Shown: piece after piece, positions 63,621 to 64,000 of the stretch | How positions within the stretch are numbered: the stretch's first letter is position 1 | Layout: each line of letters begins with the position of its first letter | Origin: Eledone cirrhosa | Taxonomy: Eukaryota | Assembly: GCA_964016885.1 (NCBI GenBank) | Contig: OZ024749.1 | Span: 7,502,001-7,566,000, forward strand | DNA: 64,000 bases | Direction of reading: 5' to 3' | Notes under the pieces: model-generated | Told to the model about the DNA's origin: nothing | Seen by the model: only the letters and a program-made list of their open reading frames with translations | The model's database searches: none | Translations under genes and position numbers: made by a program

Positions 63621-64000
63621 TACCTAGATTTAACTACATTCTATTTAATACAATTGCTTTGGCATTTGATTCAGTAATATTCAAAAGAATCACATTTTCT
63701 TAATTCCTTTCCTCCCTACCCACACTATCCTACTCTTAATTTCTACCCCCTCCTTTTCTGATCTTCTCTTTATACATTCTCTACCCTCTCGACCATATAT
63801 GGTAAATATCAAAATCTTCACCCATACCAATGATCAAAGAATAATTGTTCCTCATCACAGCACACAGATCGGTCATGTAAAACTCTTTACCCATATCCCC
63901 CCCCCCATCTACACACACACTCCCTCTCCTCTCTACTATCACACGAACTGATTATTTTATATTTTAAACTTATTTACATTTTCTTAAACGAAAATCTCAT

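Overview
AT-rich animal DNA with no recognisable host gene. The SINE and repeat repertoire suggests a cephalopod, probably an octopus (inference). Roughly a third of the window is (TA)n-type microsatellite, which explains nearly all Y/I/M/C-rich ORFs in the track. Retroelements sit in these tracts: an apparently intact R4/Dong-clade LINE (45555-49585, - strand, 1169 aa), two 5'-truncated CR1-clade LINEs, Tx1/L1-like LINE copies stacked in (TATC)n, a decayed Naiad-like Penelope element with a GIY-YIG domain, an RTE-derived non-autonomous family and tRNA-derived SINEs. A Helitron-like element and MITEs are also present. The main unannotated signal is about 25 hammerhead-ribozyme (HHR) motifs from more than ten sequence families. 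They include two near-identical tandem arrays of structured non-coding units (310 nt at 33271-34373 and 466 nt at 38414-39600) with one HHR per unit, resembling retrozymes. Many of the HHR elements are palindromes whose 3' ends point outward into microsatellite. All RNA folds were read by eye; none was computed.
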